Part shown: positions 1 through 10,162 of the stretch, one piece after another
How the letters are laid out: each line of letters opens with the position of its first letter
Numbering within the stretch: the stretch's first letter is position 1
NCBI GenBank assembly: GCA_011050235.1
Contig: DRGC01000051.1
Coordinates: 156,745 to 220,744 of the forward strand
Direction of reading: 5' to 3'
Length of the DNA stretch: 64,000 nt
Origin: Phycisphaerae bacterium
GTDB lineage: Bacteria; Planctomycetota; Phycisphaerae; SM23-33
The notes under the pieces: model-generated
Database searches by the model: none
What the model was told of the DNA's origin: nothing
What the model saw: only the letters and a program-made list of their open reading frames with translations
Position numbers and translations under genes: made by a program

Positions 1-147
1 GTCCAGCCCGTCGTCGTAGCTGCCCAGCATCAGGCTGGCCGTGCCGATGGCGCGGCCGGCGTGCTGCCGGACCAACGCGCCGAAGGCGTCGGCGTCGCCG
101 TGGCGGCTACGGTGAAGCAACGATTCCTGTGGGTGGGTTGTCGACAT
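1..147 (-). CDS. ECF-type RNA polymerase sigma factor, N-terminal fragment (gene runs off the window at coordinate 1)
   Basis: ATG (CAT on the plus strand at 145-147). Translation MSTTHPQESLLHRSRHGDADAFGALVRQHAGRAIGTASLMLGSYDDGLD resembles the sigma-70 region 2 opening of ECF sigmas (GDxxAFxxLV). Confidence 0.5.
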   Translation of the reverse strand, partial: MSTTHPQESLLHRSRHGDADAFGALVRQHAGRAIGTASLMLGSYDDGLD

Positions 148-297
148 CGCTAGCCATCGTCCCCCCGTTCTAATACGACCGTCGAGGGGCAGCTATTCGC
201 GCCACGCCCAGACAAATCAATAACATATTCCCAAACCATCTTTTACAGAAATGTTGATGGAAGCTTGATCCGGGGACTGCCCTAGCCCGTAGACTAT

Positions 298-1005
298 GTG
301 ACCATGACCGACCCCCATCCACCCATCCGCAGGACCCCACTGCTGTTGGTGGCGATGCTGTGCCTGTTGCCCGCCTTTCAGACGCTGGTGGCCGTTCACT
401 TGGAATGGCTAAAGGCCATCACCTATCCGGGATTGAAGGTGGCGATGATCGCCGCTTCCTTGATCGTCTGGCGGTGGTCGCGGCGGCCGGTGGGTGAGGT
501 GCTGCAGCGCATCGGCTGGCGGCGAACGAACGGCCTGGTTGGCCTGGCCGTCGGGGCGGCCATGGCGGGGATCATCCTGGGCAGCTACTACGCGATCTTC
601 CGGTCGATCATCCGACCGGACCTTCTGGTCGACAAGCTTCGCGAGTTTGGGCTGCTCGACACCTACTGGGCCAAGGCCGTGGTGTTCTCGTTCTGGAACG
701 CGCTGTTCGAGGAATACTACTGGCGCGGGTTCCTGCTGGGCGAGCTGCGCGACCGCCTCGCCGGCCGCACGGCGCTGGTGGTGCTGATGGGCGGGCTGTT
801 CGGCCTGCATCATATCTTCGCGCTCCTATGGCTTGGCGACGGCTTGCTGATCGCGATGGCCGTGGGGGTCACGATGATCGCCGGAGCCGCGTGGGCCCTG
901 CTCCGCATCCGCGGCGGATCGATCATCGATTGCTACATCAGCCACCTGATGGCCGATCTGGCGATCATGTGGGTCGGCTACGACCTGGTGCTCAAGGCAG
1001 GCTAA
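298..1005 (+). CDS. CPBP-family (CAAX/Abi) intramembrane glutamic protease
   Basis: Multi-TM protein with the CPBP motifs EEYYWRG (EExxxR) and FGLHH (FxxxH). GTG at 298, alternative ATG at 304. Its stop TAA 1003-1005 shares A1005 with the next ATG. Confidence 0.8.
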   Translation: MTMTDPHPPIRRTPLLLVAMLCLLPAFQTLVAVHLEWLKAITYPGLKVAMIAASLIVWRWSRRPVGEVLQRIGWRRTNGLVGLAVGAAMAGIILGSYYAIFRSIIRPDLLVDKLREFGLLDTYWAKAVVFSFWNALFEEYYWRGFLLGELRDRLAGRTALVVLMGGLFGLHHIFALLWLGDGLLIAMAVGVTMIAGAAWALLRIRGGSIIDCYISHLMADLAIMWVGYDLVLKAG

Positions 1006-2267
1006 TGGACAACGCGCTTCGACAACAGGTCCGCAGCGCTCGCCGCAAGTTCGCGTCGATGGCCGGCGCCTACGCGATGGGGGTGTTCAACGACAGCCTC
1101 TACCGTCAGTCGGCGATCTTGCTGGCCCTGGCCGGCAGCAGCGGAGCCATCAAGGAAGGCTGGATCCTGACGATCTTCACCGTGCCCTACCTGCTGCTGG
1201 CCTCCACTGCCGGATGGCTGGCCGACCGGTTCCCGAAACGTCGCATCATCATCGCCGCTAAGGCCCTGGAACTGGTCGCGATGGGACTGGGGGCGGTCGG
1301 CATTTGCCTGGGCTCGTGGCCGCTGATTCTGGCTATGGCCTTTGCCATGGGTATGCAATCGTGCCTGTTCGGCCCGTCGCTGAATGGGTCGATCCCCGAG
1401 CTCTATCCTGCGGCCTACGTCCAGCGGGCCAACTCGATCCTCAAAGTCGTGGTCACACCCATGATCCTGGCGGGGCTGGTGGCAGCCGGCTTCGCGCTGC
1501 ACGTTAAGACCGCGGGAGCGGGCGGTATTCCCGTGGGCCGATGGATCGTCGGCATCGCTCTGGTCGCCGTCTCCACGGTCGGCCTGCTATTCAGCGTCGG
1601 CTCGCCCCGTCGCCCGGCCGCCGACCCGGGGGCCCCCTTCCCGTGGCTGGGGCCGATTCGCACAATCGTTGAGCTGTGGGAACTGCGTAAGGACCGCCTG
1701 TTGGCCATTGCGTCGGTGGCATCGGTGTTCATTTGGTTCGTGGGCTCGATGCTGATCCTCCTGATCTCGGTGTTGGTGATGGATCAACTGCAGGCCGGCG
1801 AGGCCATCTCGGGCAGCCTGCTCGCCGCACAAGTTGTCGGAGTCGCCATCGGCGGGGTCTTGAGCAACGTGGTCGCCTCCGGGCCTCGTTGGTACCGGGC
1901 CCTGGCGCCCTCGGCGGCGGGGCTGGGCGCGGTCCTGCTGGCCATGGGCGCCTTGCCTTCTTTGCCGACGGACGCCCAGATTCCGGTCGCCTTTGTGCTG
2001 CTGGGGTTGACCGGCATCCTAGGAGGGATCTTCATGATTCCGTGCGGGTCCTTCATCCAGGTCCGCGCCCCTATCGAGAAAAGAGGCACCATCATCGCCT
2101 CCGTGAGCTTCGCCACCTTCGCGGCCATTTCGCTGTCCGGCCTGATTGAATGGCTTCTGATCTACTCGTTGGGCCTGGCCACCAGCGCCCTGGCGGCGGT
2201 GGGAGTGCTGGCAATTGGGATGGCGATTTGGTTAAGGTGGGTGCTGAACGAGGAGACCGCTGCATGA
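1005..2267 (+). CDS. lplT: MFS lysophospholipid transporter (LplT-like)
   Basis: Internal ATG at 1005 of ORF 828-2267 (MDNALRQQVR...). 12-TM-like MFS. Blocks GWLADRFPKRRIIIAAKALEL and FIQVRAPIEKRGTIIA parallel E. coli LplT. It sits directly upstream of an aas homologue with an ATGA overlap. Confidence 0.8.
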   Translation: MDNALRQQVRSARRKFASMAGAYAMGVFNDSLYRQSAILLALAGSSGAIKEGWILTIFTVPYLLLASTAGWLADRFPKRRIIIAAKALELVAMGLGAVGICLGSWPLILAMAFAMGMQSCLFGPSLNGSIPELYPAAYVQRANSILKVVVTPMILAGLVAAGFALHVKTAGAGGIPVGRWIVGIALVAVSTVGLLFSVGSPRRPAADPGAPFPWLGPIRTIVELWELRKDRLLAIASVASVFIWFVGSMLILLISVLVMDQLQAGEAISGSLLAAQVVGVAIGGVLSNVVASGPRWYRALAPSAAGLGAVLLAMGALPSLPTDAQIPVAFVLLGLTGILGGIFMIPCGSFIQVRAPIEKRGTIIASVSFATFAAISLSGLIEWLLIYSLGLATSALAAVGVLAIGMAIWLRWVLNEETAA

Positions 2268-4915
2268 TCGACTGGCTCCTATTCATGTTCGTGCGGTTCT
2301 GCTTGTGGTTGCGTTATCGCATCACGGTGACGGGCCTGCCGAAGATCCGGCGGCGCGGGCGGCGGGGCATTTTGTTTCTACCCAATCATCCGGCGCTGAT
2401 CGATCCGGTGATGGTGATGGCGACACTCTATCCGAGTTTTCGCCCGCGCGCGTTGGCGGATCGCCACCAGATCGACCGCTTCTTCATCCGCTCGCTGGCC
2501 CGGCGGGCGGGGGCGCTGTCGATCACCGACCTCGCCAAGGCCGGCGGCACGGTCGAGGGGGCCCGGTCGGCCATCGACCAGTGCGTCCACGCATTGCGCA
2601 ACGGCGACAATCTGATCCTTTATCCGGGCGGGCAGGTGACGCGCCAACGCCTGGAGGACCTGCGGGGCAACAGCGGCGTGGAGATGATCCTCCGCGAGAT
2701 GCCGGATGTGCGCATCGTGCTGATCCGAACGCACGGGCTGTGGGGCAGCGGGTTCAGTTGGGCCTCCGGCAAGGCGCCGAACGTCGGGCGGACGTTGCGG
2801 AGCGGCATTCGGGCCCTGCTGGCCAGCGGGATTTTCTTCGCCCCGCGCCGACGCGTGACGATGGACGTCGTCGAGCCGGACGATTTCCCCCGACACGAAA
2901 GCCGCGCCGCCATCAACCGCTACCTGGAGGGGTTCTTCAACCACGACGCTCCGCCCAACACGCACGTGCCCAGGTCTATCTGGCATCGCGGCGGCGTGCA
3001 GATCCGGCCCGAGCCGCCCTCGCTCGCCAAGTCGGGCGATCTGACACAGGTATCCCCGGCCACACGCACGATGATCGGCGAGTTCCTGACCGAGCTGACG
3101 GGCATCGAGGACATCTCCGACACGGCCCGGCTGGCCCACGATCTGGGGATGGATTCGCTGATGGTCATGGAGTTGGTGACGTGGCTTCAGACGGAGTTCG
3201 GCATGATGCCCGGCGGGGTCGACTCGCTGCAGACCGTCGGCGACGTGATGCTGGTCGCCGGCGGGCAGGCGGTCTCGGCCGGGACGCATCGGCTCAAGGA
3301 TGTCTCGCGAACCTGGTTCACCCACCTGACCGATCCGCGCTGCCCGGAAGGGCTGAACAAGCTCACCATCCCCCAGGCGTTCCTGCTGCAGGCCAGCCGC
3401 CACCCCCGCGCCGCGCTGGTCGCCGACCAGGTCAGCGGGGTGCGGACCTGCGGCGACGTGATGCTGGCGGTGCGGCTGCTGTGCGGGCCCATCGAGGCGC
3501 TGCCGGGCAGCAACATCGGCATCATGCTGCCGGCCTCGGTGGCTGCCTCCATCATGTACCTGTCCGTCCTGTTCGCCGGCAAGACACCGGCCATGATCAA
3601 CTGGACGCAAGGCCCCAAGAATCTCGCCCACTGCATCGAGGCCGCCGGCGTCGAGGCGATCCTCACCTCCCGCGTGCTGGTCGAACGGCTGGAAACGCAG
3701 GGGGTTGTCTTTGGCGACGTCCGCAATCTGTTCGTCTACGTGGAGGACATCCGCGCCCAACTTGGCCGGTGGAAGAAGCTCTCGGCCGTGCTGACCGCTC
3801 GCCTTGGGTGGTGGCACCTGCGCGGCCGGGCCGCGCGGGCGCCCGAGACCGCCGCCATCCTGTTCACCAGCGGCTCGGAGAACATCCCCAAGGCCGTTCC
3901 GCTGACCCACCGCAACATGCTGACGAACATCGCGGACGTGTACCGGTGCTTCTCGCTGAAGCGCCACGACAGCCTGCTCGGCATCCTGCCGCCGTTCCAC
4001 TCGTTCGGGCTGACCTCGTCGGTGCTGCTGCCGCTGTGCGTATCCCTGCGCGTGGTCTACTCGCCCAACCCGACCGACGCGGCGACGCTGGCGGCGACGA
4101 TCGACGCGTATCGCCCGTCGATGCTGGCCGGGACGCCGACGTTCCTGGACGGAATCGTCCGGGCATCGTGGGGCGATCAGCTCCGCTCGCTGCGCCTGGT
4201 GGTCTCCGGCGCGGAGAAATGCCCGCCCCGCGTCTACGAGGCCCTGCAACGGCGCTGCCCGCAGACCATCGTGCTGGAAGGCTACGGCGCGACGGAGTGC
4301 TCGCCCATTATCGCCGTCAACCATGAGGACGCCCACCAGCCCTATACAATCGGGCCGGTCTTGCGGTCGCTCATGCACGCGGTCGTCGATATCGACATCA
4401 CTCGCCGCGTCCCAACCGGCAGCGAAGGCATGCTGCTGGTCCGCGGGCCCAGCGTGTTCTCCGGGTACCTCGACTATGACGGGCCGTCGCCGTTCGTGGA
4501 ATTCGAAGGCAAGAAGTGGTACGTCACCGGCGACCTGGTCACCGAAGACGCCCACGGCGTGCTGCGGTTCGCCGGGCGGCTGAAACGGTTCGTCAAGCTC
4601 GGCGGCGAGATGGTCTCCCTGCCGGCGATCGAGACCATCCTGGAAGACTGGTTCGCCGACCAGCACGACGAGGGGCCCGTGCTGGCCGTCACGTCCCCCA
4701 GCCCGGAGGACCGCGCCGAGATCGTCCTGTTCACCACCAAGCCAATCGCCCGCGAAGCGGCCAACCAGGTCATCCGCGAGGTCGGGATGTCCGGGCTGCA
4801 CAACATCCGACGCGTGATCCGCATCGACGAACTGCCTCACCTCGGCACCGGCAAGACCGACTACCGCGCTCTCCAGCAGCGCCTGGACGACGAACCGGAC
4901 CATGAGGGCAGCTAG
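2264..4915 (+). CDS. aas: Bifunctional lysophospholipid acyltransferase / acyl-carrier ligase (Aas-like) with an embedded carrier-protein domain
   Basis: Starts MIDWLLF at 2264 (ATGA overlap with the lplT stop). Has the PlsC motif NHPALID (HxxxxD), a carrier-domain motif LGMDSLMVMEL (Ser298, nt 3155-3157), and AMP-binding cores LFTSGSENIPKAV and GYGATE. Confidence 0.85.
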   Translation: MIDWLLFMFVRFCLWLRYRITVTGLPKIRRRGRRGILFLPNHPALIDPVMVMATLYPSFRPRALADRHQIDRFFIRSLARRAGALSITDLAKAGGTVEGARSAIDQCVHALRNGDNLILYPGGQVTRQRLEDLRGNSGVEMILREMPDVRIVLIRTHGLWGSGFSWASGKAPNVGRTLRSGIRALLASGIFFAPRRRVTMDVVEPDDFPRHESRAAINRYLEGFFNHDAPPNTHVPRSIWHRGGVQIRPEPPSLAKSGDLTQVSPATRTMIGEFLTELTGIEDISDTARLAHDLGMDSLMVMELVTWLQTEFGMMPGGVDSLQTVGDVMLVAGGQAVSAGTHRLKDVSRTWFTHLTDPRCPEGLNKLTIPQAFLLQASRHPRAALVADQVSGVRTCGDVMLAVRLLCGPIEALPGSNIGIMLPASVAASIMYLSVLFAGKTPAMINWTQGPKNLAHCIEAAGVEAILTSRVLVERLETQGVVFGDVRNLFVYVEDIRAQLGRWKKLSAVLTARLGWWHLRGRAARAPETAAILFTSGSENIPKAVPLTHRNMLTNIADVYRCFSLKRHDSLLGILPPFHSFGLTSSVLLPLCVSLRVVYSPNPTDAATLAATIDAYRPSMLAGTPTFLDGIVRASWGDQLRSLRLVVSGAEKCPPRVYEALQRRCPQTIVLEGYGATECSPIIAVNHEDAHQPYTIGPVLRSLMHAVVDIDITRRVPTGSEGMLLVRGPSVFSGYLDYDGPSPFVEFEGKKWYVTGDLVTEDAHGVLRFAGRLKRFVKLGGEMVSLPAIETILEDWFADQHDEGPVLAVTSPSPEDRAEIVLFTTKPIAREAANQVIREVGMSGLHNIRRVIRIDELPHLGTGKTDYRALQQRLDDEPDHEGS

Positions 4916-5005
4916 GGGCACGGGCCAACAACAAGAGCCCGATTAGAGGATTGGCGAGATTAGGGACGACCTCTTGTCCCTGCTTCGCAGAAGCTATGGA
5001 CCCAG

Positions 5006-6373
5006 TCAGGCCTGCTGCTCTGGCAGGATTCTCGGGGTCCCCTCGCCCGCCTCGGCCATGCGGCGTTTGAGGCGCTCCGCCATCTCAGCGCGGACGTTCG
5101 CATGGGCCGGATCGGCCACGAGGTTGTCCCTCTCGTGGGGGTCCCCAGCCAGATCGTAGAGGAAGTCCTCGACATAGACGTCGCTGCCGGGGGCATCGCC
5201 ATCCTTGTCCGGGGCGCGGACGGAGTATTTCCAGCGATGGGTGCGGATCGCTCGCCCGCAGATGTCTTCGCTGATCTGGATGAATACGTCGTCGGGCCAG
5301 TCGATGGCTGACCCGTCGGCCAACTGCTGCAGAGGCCGTCCGCGAAAATGCTCCGGCGCCGCCGTCCCGCCGGCGGCCAGGATCGTCGGAGGCACGTCGA
5401 TCAGGCTGGTCATCTCCTCGATCACTTTCCCGCCCTCAAAGCCCGGCCCGACGGCCACCATCGGGATTCGCACGCAGCCGTCGTGGCACGACCGCTTGTA
5501 CTCGCTGTTGCGCGTGCAGAAATGGCAGCCGTGATCGCTGGTGAAGATAATGACGGTCCTGTCGGTCAGTCCCTGTCGCTCGAGCTCGGCGCGCACCCGG
5601 CCGAGGTTGGCATCGAGACTGTTGCAGCAGCCGAGGTAGTCGGGCATCTCTTCGCGCCAGTCGCCGCCGGTCCCTTCCAGGTCGCCGGGCGTGACGAAGT
5701 CCTTGAACGTCTCCTTCGAGCCGTGGGGACCTTCGAAGTGGGCGTGGTCGTTCTGGTGGTGGGGCTCGATGGTGGAGACGAACAGGAAGAAGGGCTTCTC
5801 GCCCGTGCGGCTCTGCAAGTACTCCAGCACCCAGTCAGTCTGCGCGTCGACGCGGTATCGGCCGTCCGGAAACTCGCGGCGGTTGCCGTCGGCATCGAAC
5901 ATGTGCCCGTCATAGGCGTGGCTGGTGAACTCCAGCGTATCCGACGCCAGCCAGTAATCCTTGAACCCGCCTCGGAACTCCGGCGGGACGGCCTGGGTGC
6001 GGGTGTTGATTTCCCGGTCCTGGCCCGGGCGGGCGCCGGGATGAATGATGGCGGTCGACGACAGGTGCCACTTGCCGATGTAGCCGACCTCGTAGCCGGC
6101 TTCGGACATGTGGTGGGCGACATATGTCCCGTCGGTCGGCAGCGCGATCCCGTTGGTGTAGACACCCACTTCGCTGGCGTATTGTCCGCTCTGCAGACAC
6201 GCACGCGCCGGCCCGCAGACGGGCTGGCAGGTAAAGGCGTTTCGAAACAGCACCCCCTCGGCCGCCATGCGGTCGAGATTCGGCGTGATGTTCAGCGACT
6301 GGCCGTAACAGCCGCACGAATCCCACCGCTGCTGATCGGTGAAGAACACGATAATGTTGGGACGGTCGGGCAT
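5006..6373 (-). CDS. Sulfatase (formylglycine-dependent arylsulfatase family)
   Basis: MPDRPNIIVFFTDQQRWD N-terminus, CxPxR motif CGPAR, and SDHG in the C-terminal half. Confidence 0.9.
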   Translation of the reverse strand: MPDRPNIIVFFTDQQRWDSCGCYGQSLNITPNLDRMAAEGVLFRNAFTCQPVCGPARACLQSGQYASEVGVYTNGIALPTDGTYVAHHMSEAGYEVGYIGKWHLSSTAIIHPGARPGQDREINTRTQAVPPEFRGGFKDYWLASDTLEFTSHAYDGHMFDADGNRREFPDGRYRVDAQTDWVLEYLQSRTGEKPFFLFVSTIEPHHQNDHAHFEGPHGSKETFKDFVTPGDLEGTGGDWREEMPDYLGCCNSLDANLGRVRAELERQGLTDRTVIIFTSDHGCHFCTRNSEYKRSCHDGCVRIPMVAVGPGFEGGKVIEEMTSLIDVPPTILAAGGTAAPEHFRGRPLQQLADGSAIDWPDDVFIQISEDICGRAIRTHRWKYSVRAPDKDGDAPGSDVYVEDFLYDLAGDPHERDNLVADPAHANVRAEMAERLKRRMAEAGEGTPRILPEQQA

Positions 6374-6499
6374 GAAGCGGTCCTTTCTGATCCGCCGATC
6401 CTAATTCAATCGGCCGCCCGATCAAGTCGAAGATGCGTTCGATCCGAATGTCCTGGCTGGTCCTTGCCTCCTTTCGGCGATGTGACGTAAGCTCATGTC

Positions 6500-7483
6500 A
6501 TGCCCACGAACGTCACGCCGGAGTACGAGAAGGCTGATCGGCGTTTCCGCGAGGCGTCGACCGACCAGGAGAAGCTCGACGCCCTGCAGGAGATGCTGAG
6601 CACGATCCCCAAGCACAAGGGGACCGAAAAGATGCAGGCCGATATCAAACGCCGCATCAGCCAACTCCGCAAAGCGGGCGCCAAGAAGTCGGTCGCCAAG
6701 AAAGGGCCCGACCCCTTCCACATCCCAAAGACCGGCGCCGGCCAGGTCGTGCTGGTCGGTGCGCCCAACGTCGGCAAGAGCATGCTGGTCGCCGCCACCA
6801 CCAACGCGCCGGTCAAGGTGGCCGAGTACCCCTACACGACCGCCCTGCCGATGCCGGGGATGTGGCACTACGAGGATGCCCAGATCGAACTGGTCGATAC
6901 CCCGCCTATCACGGCCGAGCACATGCCGCCCGGACTGATCGGCACGATCCGTCTGGCCGACGTGATCGCCATCATGGCCGACGCCGCCGGCGACGGGCTG
7001 GAAGAGGCCGACATGGCCGCCGGAGTCCTGGCCGAGCGGGGGCTGGCGCTGCAGTCGATCCCCCGAAACCAGCTCAGCCCCGACGACCCCAATGCGCGCA
7101 GCGCCATCGTGATCGCCAACAAAGTCGACCTGACCGATCCCGAGAACATCGAGACGTTTCGGGATCTCTACGCCGGCACGTTGGAGGTCTGGCCCGTCAG
7201 CGCCGCCACCGGCGAGGGGTTCGATGCGGTCTGTCGGCGGCTGTGGGAACTGCTGGCTGTGGTCCGCGTCTACACCAAACGGCCGGGCAAGCATGCCGAT
7301 CTCGGCGATCCGTTCACGCTGCCGATGGGTTCATCGATCGAGGACCTCGCCCGGGGCATTCACCGCGACTTGCCCGAGAAGATGAAGTTCGCCCGCATCT
7401 GGGGCGAAGGCCGATTCGACGGCCAACAGGTCCACCGAACCGAACTGCTGCACGACAAAGACATCGTGGAAATACATGAGTGA
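6500..7483 (+). CDS. DRG/Rbg1-type (COG1163-like) GTPase with C-terminal TGS domain
   Basis: N-terminal helical segment ([21 protein letters not shown]) as in DRG proteins. G1 GAPNVGKS, G3 DTPP, G4 NKVD. The C-terminus [10 protein letters not shown]...DIVEIH is TGS-like. Confidence 0.8.
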   Translation: MPTNVTPEYEKADRRFREASTDQEKLDALQEMLSTIPKHKGTEKMQADIKRRISQLRKAGAKKSVAKKGPDPFHIPKTGAGQVVLVGAPNVGKSMLVAATTNAPVKVAEYPYTTALPMPGMWHYEDAQIELVDTPPITAEHMPPGLIGTIRLADVIAIMADAAGDGLEEADMAAGVLAERGLALQSIPRNQLSPDDPNARSAIVIANKVDLTDPENIETFRDLYAGTLEVWPVSAATGEGFDAVCRRLWELLAVVRVYTKRPGKHADLGDPFTLPMGSSIEDLARGIHRDLPEKMKFARIWGEGRFDGQQVHRTELLHDKDIVEIHE

Positions 7484-7509
7484 TAGTGCAACACCCGGAG
7501 ACAAGTGCA

Positions 7510-10107
7510 ATGCCTAAGGATCCCTTCCTCTACACCGGTGAGTTCACCAATGAGATTTCCTTTCCGCTCGGCGGGATCGGTACGGGCAGTATCGGCCTGG
7601 CCGGCAACGGGCGGCTGATTGATTGGGAGATCTTCAACCGCCCATCCAAGGGCAGCTACAACGGCTTTACGCATTTCGCGATCCGCGCCGAAGCGCGCGG
7701 CAAGGTGCTGGACACGCGCGTCCTGCAGGGCGATCTGCATCCGCCCTACCAAGGCAGTGGCAGTGCGGGCTTCCAGGGCGTCGGCTTCGGCCCATCGGCC
7801 AACACCATGGCCGGCGTGCCACACTTCAAAAGCGTGGATTTCCGCGGCGAGTTCCCGGTCGCCCAGCTCGACTTCAAAGGTACGCGGTTCCCGGGCAAGA
7901 TCCGCCAGACATCCTTCAACCCGCTGATCCCGCTCAACGACACCGACTCGGGCATCCCGGCGGCGTTCTTTGAGTTCGCTATCACCAACACCACGCGCAA
8001 GGCCATCACCTACACGCTGTTCGGGTCGCTGGCCAACCCGCACATTGCCAAGGACCTCAATCGCGTCAGCACAGTCGGCGGCAAGACGCTGCTGCACCTG
8101 ACTTCGACCGCCCATAAGAAGTCATCCGCCGCCTACGGCGAGATGACGCTCGCCACCGATGCCAAGGATGTCAGCTTCCAGGAATACTGGTTCGCCGGTG
8201 CATGGTTCGACCAACTCGAAGTCTACTGGCGCGATATCGCCGCCGGCGGCAAGCTCAAGAACCGTCGCCTGACGCCGGCCGCCGCTCGCGGGAATAACGA
8301 AGGCATGTTGGCCGCCCACATCCGCATCGCGCCCGGAAAGACCAAACGCGTGCGGTTCGTGATCACCTGGAACTTCCCCAACTGCGAAAACTACTGGGAC
8401 GGCGGCGCTGCTGACCGGGCCAAAAAGTGCTGCGTCTCGGAGACCTGGAAGAACTACTACGCCACGCTCTGGAAAGACTCCAAAGACTCCGCCGGGTACG
8501 CGCTCAAGAACTGGGGCCGCCTGTTCGACCAGACCATGGTCTTCAAGAACGCCCTGATGGCCTCGGACCTGCCCGCCGCGGCCCTGGAGGCGGTCTCGGC
8601 CAACCTGGCGATTATGAAAACCGCCACGGTCATGCGCCTCCAAGACGGCACGCTGTACGGTTGGGAAGGCCTGTGCGCGACGACCGGCTGCTGCGAGGGC
8701 TCGTGCGAGCACGTGTGGAACTACACGCAGGCGATTCCGTTCCTGTTCCCCAAGCTCGAGCGGTCCATGCGCGAGGCCGACTACGTCCACAACATCGGCG
8801 CCAACGGCGAAATGCAGTTCCGCATCAAGCTGCCGCTGGGGTCGGGGCGCGGAGACTTTCGTCCCTGCGCCGACGGCCAATTCGGCGGCGTGATGAAGCT
8901 CTACCGCGACTGGAAGATCAGCGGCGATGACGACTGGCTGGCTGAGTTGTGGCCGCTGGTGCGAAAGTCCATCCGCTTCGCCTGGGCCAAGACCAACATC
9001 GACCAGTGGGACCCGGACAAGACCGGCGTCCTCTGGGGCCGGCAGCACCACACGCTGGACGTGGAGCTTTTCGGGCCCAACGCGTGGCTGACGGGCTACT
9101 ATCTCGGCGCCCTCAAGGCCGGGGCCGAGATGGCCGAGTACCTGGGCGACGCCAAGAGCGCCAAAGAATTCGCCGGGCTGTTCGAAAAAGGCAAGGAGTG
9201 GGCCGACAAGAATCTCTTCAACGGCCGCTGGTATCACCAGCAGATCGACCTGAACGACAAATCGATCGTGGACAAGTTCACGAAGGGCGCTTCCTATGCC
9301 GGCGCTTACTGGGACGCCGAGCATGGCGAGATCAAATACCAGATCGGCGAAGGCATCGAGATCGACCAGGTCATCGCTCAATGGCACGCGAACCTGTACG
9401 GCCTGGGCGAGGTGCTCGACCGCAAGCAGGTCCGCAGTTCGCTGAAGTGGCTGTTCGAGTCCAACTTCCGCCCGACCATGCGGGAATACTTCAATGCATG
9501 TCGGTTGTATTGCCTCAACGATGAAGGCGGCCTCGTGATCGCCCACTGGCCCGACGACGTCTATCGGCCTTACATTCCGATCCCCTACGCCGGCGAAACG
9601 CAGAACGGCTACGAGTGGGCGGCGTGCATTCACATGATCCAGGCCGGCCTGGTCAAAGAAGGCATGACGTGCGTCAAGGCCATCCGCGACCGTTACGACG
9701 GGCGAAAACGAAACCCATGGAACGAGATCGAGTGCGGCAACAACTACGCCCGCTCAATGGCCAGCTACTCGCTACTGAACGCCTTCAGCGGTTTCGAGTT
9801 CGACGCGCCGCACGCGATGATCGGCTTTACGCCGATCCGCAAGGTCAGGGGCAGGTTCCGCTGCTTCTGGTCGCTCGACAGCGGCTGGGGCGAGTTCGAG
9901 CAAAGCGCCACCGTCGCCGAACTCCGCATCCTATCGGGCAAGCTGAAGCTCAAGACCTTCCGCCTGGGCAAGCTCGGCAAGAAGAGCGTCAAGTCCGTCC
10001 AATTGGCGGGCAAGGCAATCCCATTCACCCTCGACGGCGCAGACATCAAGCTAAAGCGAACGGTTCGGGTCAAGGAAGGTCAGACGCTTCGCGTGAAGTT
10101 GGGGTAA
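7510..10107 (+). CDS. GH116 family beta-glucosidase / glucosylceramidase (GBA2-like)
   Basis: N-terminal [28 protein letters not shown] and catalytic-domain block [23 protein letters not shown] are typical of GH116. ATG 7510 is preceded by GGAGA at 8-nt spacing. The track start at 7480 is a GTG overlapping the previous stop. Confidence 0.85.
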   Translation: MPKDPFLYTGEFTNEISFPLGGIGTGSIGLAGNGRLIDWEIFNRPSKGSYNGFTHFAIRAEARGKVLDTRVLQGDLHPPYQGSGSAGFQGVGFGPSANTMAGVPHFKSVDFRGEFPVAQLDFKGTRFPGKIRQTSFNPLIPLNDTDSGIPAAFFEFAITNTTRKAITYTLFGSLANPHIAKDLNRVSTVGGKTLLHLTSTAHKKSSAAYGEMTLATDAKDVSFQEYWFAGAWFDQLEVYWRDIAAGGKLKNRRLTPAAARGNNEGMLAAHIRIAPGKTKRVRFVITWNFPNCENYWDGGAADRAKKCCVSETWKNYYATLWKDSKDSAGYALKNWGRLFDQTMVFKNALMASDLPAAALEAVSANLAIMKTATVMRLQDGTLYGWEGLCATTGCCEGSCEHVWNYTQAIPFLFPKLERSMREADYVHNIGANGEMQFRIKLPLGSGRGDFRPCADGQFGGVMKLYRDWKISGDDDWLAELWPLVRKSIRFAWAKTNIDQWDPDKTGVLWGRQHHTLDVELFGPNAWLTGYYLGALKAGAEMAEYLGDAKSAKEFAGLFEKGKEWADKNLFNGRWYHQQIDLNDKSIVDKFTKGASYAGAYWDAEHGEIKYQIGEGIEIDQVIAQWHANLYGLGEVLDRKQVRSSLKWLFESNFRPTMREYFNACRLYCLNDEGGLVIAHWPDDVYRPYIPIPYAGETQNGYEWAACIHMIQAGLVKEGMTCVKAIRDRYDGRKRNPWNEIECGNNYARSMASYSLLNAFSGFEFDAPHAMIGFTPIRKVRGRFRCFWSLDSGWGEFEQSATVAELRILSGKLKLKTFRLGKLGKKSVKSVQLAGKAIPFTLDGADIKLKRTVRVKEGQTLRVKLG

Positions 10108-10117
10108 TTGAAACGAA

Positions 10118-10149
10118 AAGCGCGGTGGGTCAGGAGACCCACCGCGCTT
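10118..10149. terminator. Bidirectional intrinsic terminator between convergent genes
   Basis: Perfect 14-bp stem AAGCGCGGTGGGTC / GACCCACCGCGCTT with loop AGGA. It is flanked by an A-rich tract upstream and CTTTCTT downstream. Confidence 0.7.
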
Positions 10150-10162
10150 CTTTCTTGCGCGT

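Noticed and set aside
2378-4921. 847-aa ORF on the minus strand, antisense to aas
   Set aside because: Its translation is Arg/Gly/Pro/Ala/Asp-rich with no recognisable motif. The plus-strand frame carries clear PlsC, carrier and AMP-binding motifs. This is a typical GC-driven shadow ORF.
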